A stretch of DNA of 16,429 nucleotides from Myxococcales bacterium (GTDB lineage: Bacteria > Myxococcota > Myxococcia > Myxococcales > Anaeromyxobacteraceae). The notes under the pieces are model-generated. The model saw only the letters and a list, made by a program, of their open reading frames with translations. It did no database searches and was not told where the DNA came from. Position numbers and translations under genes: made by a program. Below are positions 7,552-15,443 of the stretch, in pieces (the stretch's first letter is position 1; every line of letters starts with the position of its first letter). Location: assembly GCA_038320275.1 (NCBI GenBank), contig JBBQEB010000081.1, forward strand, positions 1-16,429, read 5' to 3'.

Positions 7552-9072
7552 ATGGCCGATCACGACCGCGTCCAGATGGCTTCACTCCGGAGCAAGATCA
7601 TGTCGGCCGAGGCTGCGGCGGGGCTCATCCCCAACGGCGCCAACGTGGGCATGAGCGGCTTCACCGGTGCCGGGTACCCGAAGGCGGTGCCGGTCGCGCT
7701 CGCGAAGCGCGCCACCGACGCGCGGGAGCGCGGCGAGTCCTACAAGGTGAACGCGCTCACGGGCGCGTCCACCGGCCCCGAGCTCGACCAGACCATGGCG
7801 GCCGCCGAGGCGATCGCGTTCCGCTTCCCCTACAACGGCGACGCGACGATGCGTCAGAAGGTCAACGCCGGCATCATCGAGTACCAGGACATGCACCTGT
7901 CCCACGTCGGGACCCTGGTGCGGTACGGCTACTACGGCAAGATCGACTTCGCGCTCATCGAGGTGACCAAGATCCGCGAGGACGGGTCGATCGTCTTCAG
8001 CTCCTCCATCGGCGCCAACACCATCTATCTGGAGATGGCCGACAAGATCATCCTCGAGGTGAACTCCTGGCAGGACGAGCGGCTGGAGGGGATGCACGAC
8101 GTGTACGGGGTGACCGGCGCGCACGGCGATCGGCGCGAGATCCCGCTCTACACCGCGTACGGACGTTGCGGCTCCCCGTACATGAAGATCAACACCGACA
8201 AGATCGTCGCCATCGTCCAGACCACCAATCCCGACCGCAACGCGCCCTTCAAGAAGCCGGAGGCGGAGCACAAGCGCATCGCCGGGCACATCCTCGACTT
8301 CCTGGAGGGCGAGGTGAGGGCGGGCCGGATGCCGAAGTCGCTCAACCCGCTGCAGTCCGGCGTCGGCAACATCGCCAATGCGGTCCTGCTCGGCCTCAAC
8401 GAGGGGCCGTTCGACAACATGACCTCGTACACGGAGGTCATCCAGGACGGCATGCTCGACATGCTCGACTCGGGCAAGCTCCGCATCGCCTCGGCCACCG
8501 CCTTCTCCGTCTCGCCCGAGGGGCAGGACCGCTTCAGCGCCAACATCGACCGTTATCGCACGCAGATCGTGCTGCGGCCGCAGGACATCTCCAACAACCC
8601 CGAGGTCATCCGGCGCCTCGGCTGCGTCGCCATGAACGGCTTCGTGGAGGCGGACATCTACGGCCACGTGAACTCGACCCACATCATCGGCAAGGGCATC
8701 GAGAACGGGATCGGCGGGTCGGGCGACTTCGCCCGCAACTCGGCCTACACCATCTTCATGTCTCCCTCCACGGCCAAGGGCGGGAAGATCTCGGCCATCG
8801 TGCCCTTCGCCACGCACATCGACCACACCGAGCACGAGACCATGGGGTTCGTGACCGAGTATGGCTTCGCCGACCTCCGGGCCAAGAGCCCGAAGCAGCG
8901 GGCGAAGGAGATCATCGAGAAGTGCGCGCACCCGGACTACCGGCCGCTGCTCCGCGACTACTGCAAGCGCGCGTACGACGGGAATCAGGGCCGCCACACG
9001 CCGCACCTCTTCGCCGAGGCCTTCGGGTTCCACAACCGCTACCTCCAGACCGGCGACATGCGGCCGACGTAG
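7552..9072 (+). CDS. Family I acyl-CoA:acetate CoA-transferase / acetyl-CoA hydrolase (AarC/ScpC/Ach1-like, likely succinyl-CoA:acetate CoA-transferase)
   Basis: Motifs GMSGFTGAGYPKAVP, TGAST, DMHLSHV, PLQSGVGNIANAV, catalytic-Glu region YTEVIQDG, LRPQDISNNPEVIRRLG, NGIGGSGDFARN, CAHPDYRP. AGGAGA SD upstream. Confidence 0.93.
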   Translation: MADHDRVQMASLRSKIMSAEAAAGLIPNGANVGMSGFTGAGYPKAVPVALAKRATDARERGESYKVNALTGASTGPELDQTMAAAEAIAFRFPYNGDATMRQKVNAGIIEYQDMHLSHVGTLVRYGYYGKIDFALIEVTKIREDGSIVFSSSIGANTIYLEMADKIILEVNSWQDERLEGMHDVYGVTGAHGDRREIPLYTAYGRCGSPYMKINTDKIVAIVQTTNPDRNAPFKKPEAEHKRIAGHILDFLEGEVRAGRMPKSLNPLQSGVGNIANAVLLGLNEGPFDNMTSYTEVIQDGMLDMLDSGKLRIASATAFSVSPEGQDRFSANIDRYRTQIVLRPQDISNNPEVIRRLGCVAMNGFVEADIYGHVNSTHIIGKGIENGIGGSGDFARNSAYTIFMSPSTAKGGKISAIVPFATHIDHTEHETMGFVTEYGFADLRAKSPKQRAKEIIEKCAHPDYRPLLRDYCKRAYDGNQGRHTPHLFAEAFGFHNRYLQTGDMRPT

Positions 9073-9222
9073 CGGAGACCAGCGAGCACGGCGTCCGCTG
9101 GGTTCGCTCAGGCCGGGCGCCGGGCTCGGGTGTGGCGAGTCCAGCGGCGAACGGACGGCGCTGGATCCGGGACGAGCTCACGCGAGGTCGCCCCGTGAGC
9201 TCCGCCGTGCGATAAGCCGCGG

Positions 9223-10017
9223 ATGCTTTCGCCCCTCGATCTCGACCTGGCGCTCGCCACAGCCCGCCGGGCGGTGGCGGCCGCCTCGGTGGTCAGCCTG
9301 GCCCACTTCCGCCGTGGCGTGCGGGTGGAGCACAAACCCGACCGCTCGCCCGTCACCGTCGCCGACCGCGAGAGCGAGGCGGCCATCCTGCGGGAGATCC
9401 GCGCCGCCTTTCCCGGCCATGCCATCCTCGCCGAGGAGACCGGCGAGCACTCCGGCGATGCGGCCTCGCGGTGGATCGTGGACCCGCTCGACGGAACCCG
9501 CGGTTTCACCCGGGGCGAGACGAACTGGGGACCGCTCGTCGCCCTCGAGCACGAGGGTGAGGTCGTGGCGGGGGCCATGGGGCTGCCCGCGCTGGGCGAG
9601 AGCTACTCCGCGGCGCGCGGGCGCGGGGCCTGGCTGGAGGCCGGCGGCGCACCAGCAGTCCGCCTCGCCGTCTCCGGCATCGCATCCTGGGCCGACGCCA
9701 CCTTCTCCATGGGCGAGCCGCTGGCGCTGCTTGCGCCTCCGCTCGGGCTCGCGGTGCAGAGGCTGGTGGCCTCCTGTGCTCGCACCCGCTGCCACGGCGA
9801 CCTGGCGGGTTTCGCGATGGTCGTCACGGGGCGCGCCGAGGTCTGGGTGGAGGCCGGCGTCCAGACCTGGGATATCGCGCCCATGAAAATCCTGGTGGAG
9901 GAGGCGGGAGGGAGCTTCAGCGACCTGGCCGGCCGTCCCAGCATCGCGAGCGGCGGGTGCATCGCCTCGAACGGGCGCGTCCACCGGGCCGTGCTCGACG
10001 CGCTGCGTTGCGGGTGA
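9223..10017 (+). CDS. Inositol-monophosphatase-family phosphatase, HisN (histidinol-phosphatase)-like
   Basis: KPDRSPVTVADRESE, AEE, WIVDPLDGTRGF and WDIAPMKILVEEAGG metal-binding motifs. The RTRCHGD segment resembles HisN-type members, but the substrate cannot be determined from sequence. Confidence 0.85.
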   Translation: MLSPLDLDLALATARRAVAAASVVSLAHFRRGVRVEHKPDRSPVTVADRESEAAILREIRAAFPGHAILAEETGEHSGDAASRWIVDPLDGTRGFTRGETNWGPLVALEHEGEVVAGAMGLPALGESYSAARGRGAWLEAGGAPAVRLAVSGIASWADATFSMGEPLALLAPPLGLAVQRLVASCARTRCHGDLAGFAMVVTGRAEVWVEAGVQTWDIAPMKILVEEAGGSFSDLAGRPSIASGGCIASNGRVHRAVLDALRCG

Positions 10018-10221
10018 GCCAAAACCGCCGCGGGGCAAGAAAAATGCCGTGGGTTCCCCCACCGGGAGTCCCACCTGAGTTCCCGATGGACGCGGGTTCG
10101 AGTCTGCCCCTGGGCCATGGTACTGCCCTGAAGCTCGCCCGGTCGGTAAGTTTCCTACCGTTCGGCCGGACGTAAGCGTGAGAAGGCCGTCGGGCTCCGG
10201 CGCTCGGGAAGAAGGGCACGC

Positions 10222-11415
10222 ATGACGCTACTGACCATCATCCTCGTGCTGCTCGCGGTTCCGGCGCTCCTCGCGACCGGATACCTGGCGCTGCTCACCC
10301 TGCTTTCCCGGCGCCCCGCGCCCGTCGCCTGTCTCTCCCAGCAAACCCGCTTCGACGTGGTGGTGCCGGCGCACGACGAAGAGGCTGGCATCGTGCGCAC
10401 CGTGAAGAACCTCCTCGCCCTGGAGTGGCCCTCCGACCTGTTCCGGGTGGTGGTGGTCGCCGACAACTGCTCCGACCACACCGCCGAGCGCGCCCGGGCC
10501 GCAGGCGCGACGGTGCTGGTCCGCCACGACGAGGAGCGCCGCGGGAAGGGCTACGCGCTCGACTTCGCCTTCTCCCGCATGCTGGAGCAGGGCTGGGCGG
10601 ACGCCGCGGTCGTCGTGGACGCCGACACCATCGCGTCGCCCAACCTGCTCTCTGCCTTCGCGAGCGGGCTCGAGGCGGGCGCGCTGGCCATGCAGGCAAA
10701 GTATTCGGTGCTCAATGGCGAGGCCTCCTGGCGGACGCGCCTCATGGCGATCGCCTTCGCCCTCTTCAACGACGTGCGCTCCCTCGGGCGTGAACGGCTG
10801 CGCGTCTCCACCGGTTTGCGCGGCAACGGCATGTGCATGTCGGCGGAGGCGCTCCGCCGCGTGCCCCACGACGCCTACTCCGTGGTGGAGGACCTGGAGT
10901 ACGGCATCCGCTTGGGCGAAGACGGCATCCGGGTCGCCTATGCGCACGATGCGTGGGTGACGAGCGAGATGGTCGCCGGGGAGAAGGCCTCCAGGTCGCA
11001 GCGGCAGCGCTGGGAGGGCGGCCGCATCGCGCTCATGCGTATGTACGGTCTCGACCTGCTGCAGAAGGCGCTGGTTCAGCGCGACCGCGTCCTCTTCGAC
11101 CTCTCCATCGACGTCCTCATCCCCCCGCTCTCCTGGGTGGTCGCCTATACCGGCCTCGGAACCAGCGCCGCCGCGGTCCTCGCCCTCGGTGCCGGCTTCC
11201 ACCCCGTCATGCTCGCGCCCTGGCTTCTCTCAGGGTCTTTCCTGTGCATGTACGTGTTCCGCGGCGTGCAGGTCTCCGGCATGGGCCTCCGCGGCGTCTC
11301 AGCCCTGGCCTGGGCACCGGTCTTCATCGTGTGGAAGCTGGCGCTCATGGCCGCCCGACCGTTCAGCGCGAGCCGAGAGTGGGTGCGGACGGCGCGCGAG
11401 GGCCGGGTGGGCTGA
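10222..11415 (+). CDS. GT2 glycosyltransferase, EpsU-like, membrane-anchored
   Basis: N-terminal TM helix, VVPAHDEE, ADNCSD, GKGYAL, DAD, GNGMC, ED, QRQRW (D,D,D,QxxRW) and C-terminal TM helices. Resembles M. xanthus EpsU from recall, not from a search. Confidence 0.9.
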   Translation: MTLLTIILVLLAVPALLATGYLALLTLLSRRPAPVACLSQQTRFDVVVPAHDEEAGIVRTVKNLLALEWPSDLFRVVVVADNCSDHTAERARAAGATVLVRHDEERRGKGYALDFAFSRMLEQGWADAAVVVDADTIASPNLLSAFASGLEAGALAMQAKYSVLNGEASWRTRLMAIAFALFNDVRSLGRERLRVSTGLRGNGMCMSAEALRRVPHDAYSVVEDLEYGIRLGEDGIRVAYAHDAWVTSEMVAGEKASRSQRQRWEGGRIALMRMYGLDLLQKALVQRDRVLFDLSIDVLIPPLSWVVAYTGLGTSAAAVLALGAGFHPVMLAPWLLSGSFLCMYVFRGVQVSGMGLRGVSALAWAPVFIVWKLALMAARPFSASREWVRTAREGRVG

Positions 11416-11521
11416 GCGCGGCGAGCACTGCATGCGGCCGAATACGTGGGGCCTGGGCGAGCCGCAGCCGCAGGTGAGAACAATGGTCCGCGCCCGCAGG
11501 CGCGATTATCGACGGGGGCTC

Positions 11522-12001
11522 ATGGCAGACAGCATCGACGGACCCGCTGGCGAGGTGCCCCGGGAACTCCAGCAGCTCTGGCTTTCGGTGGTGCGCAGTG
11601 CCTGGACGTCGCTCGCGGTGATTCCCGCCGATGAGAGCGTGTCGGCGAGGCTCGTTGCCGAGGAGCTCGTCGGCCTGTCCCGAACGTTCGACCTGGGAGC
11701 ATTCGAGCTCGTCGATGCCGAGGGGGTGAGCGTCCAGGAGGCGGGCCGGATGGCGCACGGGTTGGCCCGACCGCCCGGCGCCGATCCCCGCGTCGTGGTC
11801 GCCCTCGATTCGCCGCTCGCGCACCCGGGAGCCGTGGCCCTGCTCGTCGCAGCCGACGCGGCGCTCGTCGTGGCTCGACTCGGCACGTCGTCTCTCGCCG
11901 GCATTCGCGACGTGACCGAGCTGGCGGGTTCCAGCCGCGTGCTCGGCTGCATCACCCTCCGCGACGAGGGTGAAAGCCAGCGGTACGCGCGCGAAGCCTG
12001 A
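11522..12001 (+). CDS. Small BY-kinase-fold (CpsD/CapB-like) pseudokinase, EcpK/WzeX-like
   Basis: Contains VVVALDSP (cf. Walker B hhhhDTPP), ADAALVVARLG (cf. ADGVLLVVR) and VLGCITL (cf. ILGVVLN), but no Walker A GKS/T and no C-terminal Tyr cluster. It lies between polysaccharide genes. Start ATG at 11522 or 11483. Confidence 0.65.
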   Translation: MADSIDGPAGEVPRELQQLWLSVVRSAWTSLAVIPADESVSARLVAEELVGLSRTFDLGAFELVDAEGVSVQEAGRMAHGLARPPGADPRVVVALDSPLAHPGAVALLVAADAALVVARLGTSSLAGIRDVTELAGSSRVLGCITLRDEGESQRYAREA

Positions 12002-12074
12002 TTCAACATAGGCTGCCGGCGTTGCAGGCCCGCGCGCCGCTCGGGCCGCCTCTTCACGTGATGACCGCGAGGAC

Positions 12075-14165
12075 ATGATCATGGGCAAAATCCTGGCGCT
12101 TCTCGCCGCTGTGGGGCTCGGGGCAGCGGCCCTCTTCGCGATCACGACCCGCTCCAACGTCAGCGCCGCCGAGGCCGAGGGCCCGCCACTACCCGTCGTC
12201 GAGAGGGTGTTCGACGCCGAGCACGGGCTCACGTCCACCTGGGCCGACTACGGCTGGACCCCTCACGTGCTTCGCGCAGGTGCCCCGGCGGCCCTCGACA
12301 TGTCCGGGTACGGCGGGCTCATCCTGGCGCGTCCCGGCCTCTCCACGCCCTTCGGCGGGCTCAGCTTCCGCTACCGGGCGCCCTCGAGCTACGGCACCTT
12401 CCTGGAGGTTCGGGTCGAGGACGGAGGCGGCAACGTGCTCGGCCGTGTGCGGCTCTCCCCCGACCGCGGGCGGCCGAGTGACAATGGCTTCACCCAGATG
12501 TTCCTGCCCATGTCGGAGCTGAACCCGCGGGGAAAGCGCTTCGAGCGGCTGGTCTTCGCCGCCTGGCGCTCCGTGGCCAAGGAGCTCGTACTCCTCGACG
12601 CGATCGGCTTCACGGCGGCGCCGCTGGAAAAGCCCTCGCCGGCACGAACCGCCAGCTTCGTCCTCGACTGCCGCGCGCCCGGGCACCGGATCAGTCCGCT
12701 CGTCTACGGTACGGCTTACCGGCTCGAGGAGACCCCGCGTGGATGGGAGATCGGCTCGTCCGCGGTGCGGTGGGGGGGCAATCCCACGAGCCGCTACAAC
12801 TGGAAGGTCGATGCCTGGAACACGAACCATGACTGGTTCTTCCGCAATGTGAGCCGCCCAGGGAAGGGCATGTTCCCCGACTTCTGGCGAGAGACGAAGC
12901 GCCGAGGACTGCCGGTGGCGGTCTCCGTCCCCATGGTCGGCTGGGTCGCCAAGGACGACACGTCGTACTCCTTTCCCGTGTCGGTGTACGGCCCACAGCA
13001 GAGCGCCGCGCCGGAGCTCCCGGACGCTGGGAACGGCGTCCGCAAGGATGGCCAACCCATTGCCGCCGATCCGGCGCGCACCAGTATTCCGTTCGGTGCG
13101 GTCCAGTCGGAGGAGTGGGTCCGCAAGCTTGAAGCGTCGGGGGGTGGGGCGCGGGAGTACATTCTCGACAACGAACCCATGCTCTGGCACGAGACCCAGC
13201 GGGACGTGCACCCCGCCGCGGCGACCTACGACGAAGTGCTGGAGCGGACGGTAGCCTTCGCCTCCGCAATCCGCCGCGCCGCTCCTCACGCCAAGATCGC
13301 CGGTCCAACGGCGTGGGGCTGGCTCGCGTACCAGCATTCGGCGAACGACATCAAGGCCGGGGCACGCAACCGGCCTGATCGCCGCGCGCACGGTGACGTG
13401 CCATTCATCCCCTGGTACCTGAGGAAGCTGCGGGAGCACGAAGCCAAGACAGGCGTGCGTCTCCTCGACATCCTCGATGTCCACTTCTATCCGGCCGCCA
13501 GCGGCGTCTACGGACCCAACAACACGGACCCGGAGACGTCGGCGCTGCGCCTGCGGTCCACGCGCAGCCTGTGGGATCCGAGCTACACCGACGAGTCCTG
13601 GATCGCGGAGCGGATGCGCGTCCTCCCCCTGCTGCGCGAGTGGGTAGACGCGAACTATCCCGGCACCGGGATCTCCATCGGGGAGTGGAACTTTGGTGCG
13701 GAGGGCCACATGAGCGGCGGGCTCGCCGCGGCCGAGGCGCTGGGGCGCTTCGGAGAGGCCGGTCTGGATTCGGCATACTATTGGAATCTGCCGCCGGATG
13801 ATTCGCCGGCTTTCTGGGCCTTCCGCGCCTACCGCAACTACGATGGCAAGGGTGGTCACTTCCTAGAGAGGCACGTCGCCGTGAAAGGTGGCGCGCCGCT
13901 CGCCTCCCTTTTCGCCTCCAGCGACGGCGAGAAGGGCCGGTTCGTCGCGGTCGTCCTCAACATGGACCCCAAGGCACCGCTCGACGCCAGCATCACCGGG
14001 GAAGGGTGCGGGACGGTGGCGCTCCAACGCGCGTTCACGTACGCGGGCAAGCCTGAGGGATTCGAGCCGTACTCGAGCCCTCGTGTCCCGGGCCCGGTGG
14101 CTCTGCGCCTCGCGCCCTACTCGATCTCGGTGCTGGAACTGCGCGGCGCAAGCGCGAACCCATAG
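12075..14165 (+). CDS. Glycoside hydrolase family 44 protein (EpsB-like) with N-terminal signal/anchor and an accessory beta-rich domain
   Basis: ISPLVYG, RWGGNPTSRYNW, GWVAKD, ILDNEPMLWHETQRDVHP (acid/base Glu), LLDILDVHFYP, RSTRSLWDPSYTDESWI, ISIGEWNFG (nucleophile Glu), AFRAYRNYDGKG. GAGGA SD upstream. Confidence 0.88.
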   Translation: MIMGKILALLAAVGLGAAALFAITTRSNVSAAEAEGPPLPVVERVFDAEHGLTSTWADYGWTPHVLRAGAPAALDMSGYGGLILARPGLSTPFGGLSFRYRAPSSYGTFLEVRVEDGGGNVLGRVRLSPDRGRPSDNGFTQMFLPMSELNPRGKRFERLVFAAWRSVAKELVLLDAIGFTAAPLEKPSPARTASFVLDCRAPGHRISPLVYGTAYRLEETPRGWEIGSSAVRWGGNPTSRYNWKVDAWNTNHDWFFRNVSRPGKGMFPDFWRETKRRGLPVAVSVPMVGWVAKDDTSYSFPVSVYGPQQSAAPELPDAGNGVRKDGQPIAADPARTSIPFGAVQSEEWVRKLEASGGGAREYILDNEPMLWHETQRDVHPAAATYDEVLERTVAFASAIRRAAPHAKIAGPTAWGWLAYQHSANDIKAGARNRPDRRAHGDVPFIPWYLRKLREHEAKTGVRLLDILDVHFYPAASGVYGPNNTDPETSALRLRSTRSLWDPSYTDESWIAERMRVLPLLREWVDANYPGTGISIGEWNFGAEGHMSGGLAAAEALGRFGEAGLDSAYYWNLPPDDSPAFWAFRAYRNYDGKGGHFLERHVAVKGGAPLASLFASSDGEKGRFVAVVLNMDPKAPLDASITGEGCGTVALQRAFTYAGKPEGFEPYSSPRVPGPVALRLAPYSISVLELRGASANP

Positions 14166-14197
14166 CCCGCGGGCAGGCGAGCTGGCGGCTCGCTGCG

Positions 14198-14226
14198 TGG
14201 CCTGTGCAGCTCCGATGCGCTACCAT
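14198..14226 (+). promoter_or_regulatory. Possible sigma70-type promoter for the GT4 gene
   Basis: TGGCCT (14198-14203), 17 nt, TACCAT (14221-14226) in the 140-bp intergenic gap. Sequence match only. Confidence 0.3.
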
Positions 14227-14305
14227 GTCGGTCTCCAAGCGCGGGTGAACTTTCGCGCGCGGCGCGGACTGGAGCGCCTCCTCCTTTAGATCCCTGGGAC
14301 TCGCC

Positions 14306-15415
14306 ATGAAGACACTCACGATGGTGCAGGGGGGAAGGGGCAAGCCATCTCGCGACGAGTTGGAGCGTCGTGAGGCCGCGGACGAGTGGCCTCGCGTCAC
14401 ATTGTACGAGAAAAGGCTCAACTCCGAACTGCTCGATGAGCGGGACGTGGGCAGGGCAGAGGGCTTGCGCGGGCTCCTCTACCGTCCGCTTCCGGTTGGA
14501 GTCGCCATGGCCCTGGAGGCCTTCCGGCGGCGAGACCGGTACGATGCGGTAGTCTCGTGGGCCGAGCACTTCGGTCTCCCTTTTGCCACGCTCCTCAAGG
14601 CGACAGGAGCCCGAGTTCCTCACGTCGGGCTCTTCTCCTGGATCTCCTCGCCGCGAAAGGCAGCTTGGCTGAAGCGCGTCCACTCCCACGTCCATCGACT
14701 CGTGCTCTGGTCGTCGTTCCAGTACGAGTTCGCCGTGAACCAGATTGGGGTTCCGCCCACGCGAATCGTGCAGCTTCGCTGGCTCGTGGATCAGAAGTTC
14801 TGGCGTCCCCTGGACGTGCCACCGAGCGACATGATCTGCGCTGCAGGACGCGAGATGCGCGACTACGCGACTCTCATCGAGGCGATCCGCGATTCGAGGG
14901 TCCCGTGCTACATCGCCGCGAACGGCGACGCGGCCAGGAAGGACCGGTGGATGAGGGATCTGCACGGTTTGCCCATCCCGCCGCACGTGACCTTCGGGGC
15001 AATGCCCTACCCGGAACTGCGCGCGCTCTATGCGCGGTCTCGGTTTGTCGTGATCCCGCTCTACCCTACCGACACGGACAACGGCGTCACCGTCATGACC
15101 GAGTCGATGGCCATGGGGAAAGCGGTGATCTGCTCGCGCGTCGCAGGCCAGCGTGATCTCATCAGAGATGGCGTGAACGGTATCGTCGTACCGCCTCGAG
15201 ATCCCAGAGCTTTGCGGCAGGCGATCGAGCACCTGTGGGACCATCCGGAGGTGTGCGAGCGCATGGGCCGGGAAGGGCGGAAGAGCATCGAGGCTGCGCA
15301 CACCCTGGACCGCTTCGTGGACGGGGTCCACGGCGCCGTGGAGGCGGCCATCCGTGAGGTCCGGGGCAGCTCGCCGCGGAGCGCCTCAGGAATTGTAGCC
15401 GGCGGCGGACGGTAG
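14306..15415 (+). CDS. GT4 (GT-B fold) glycosyltransferase
   Basis: C-terminal GT4 signature ELRALYARSRFVVIPL...GVTVMTESMAMGKAVICSRVAGQRDLIRDGVNGIVVPPRDPRALRQAI...MGREGRK, plus AGREMRDYATL. Confidence 0.9.
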   Translation: MKTLTMVQGGRGKPSRDELERREAADEWPRVTLYEKRLNSELLDERDVGRAEGLRGLLYRPLPVGVAMALEAFRRRDRYDAVVSWAEHFGLPFATLLKATGARVPHVGLFSWISSPRKAAWLKRVHSHVHRLVLWSSFQYEFAVNQIGVPPTRIVQLRWLVDQKFWRPLDVPPSDMICAAGREMRDYATLIEAIRDSRVPCYIAANGDAARKDRWMRDLHGLPIPPHVTFGAMPYPELRALYARSRFVVIPLYPTDTDNGVTVMTESMAMGKAVICSRVAGQRDLIRDGVNGIVVPPRDPRALRQAIEHLWDHPEVCERMGREGRKSIEAAHTLDRFVDGVHGAVEAAIREVRGSSPRSASGIVAGGGR

Positions 15416-15433
15416 GAGCCCACTCGGGGCTTC
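15415..15433. terminator. Hairpin between convergent genes, possible bidirectional terminator
   Basis: GGAGCCC-actcg-GGGCTTC in the 28-bp gap between convergent stops. There is no clear U tract. Confidence 0.35.
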
Positions 15434-15443
15434 ATCCTCCCAT

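Noticed and set aside
6903..9215. 770-aa alternate-frame ORF overlapping plsB and the CoA-transferase (also 4998-6320 and 1448-3064)
   Set aside because: The Arg/Pro/Gly-rich composition is typical of shifted high-GC frames. The ORF crosses a terminator and has no recognisable domain.
10040..10117. Possible complete tRNA gene
   Set aside because: There is no 5' acceptor strand complementary to the 3' end, no D-arm pattern, and the T stem is mismatched. It is kept only as a possible remnant.
10111..10150. Sigma54 promoter (GG-N10-GC at 10113-10126) or ops/JUMPstart element (GGTCGGTAAG)
   Set aside because: The matches to TGGCACG-N4-TTGC and GGCGGTAG are poor and expected by chance at this GC content.
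12011..12026. Sigma54-like GG...TTGCA upstream of GH44
   Set aside because: The GG-to-GC spacing is 11 nt rather than the required 10.
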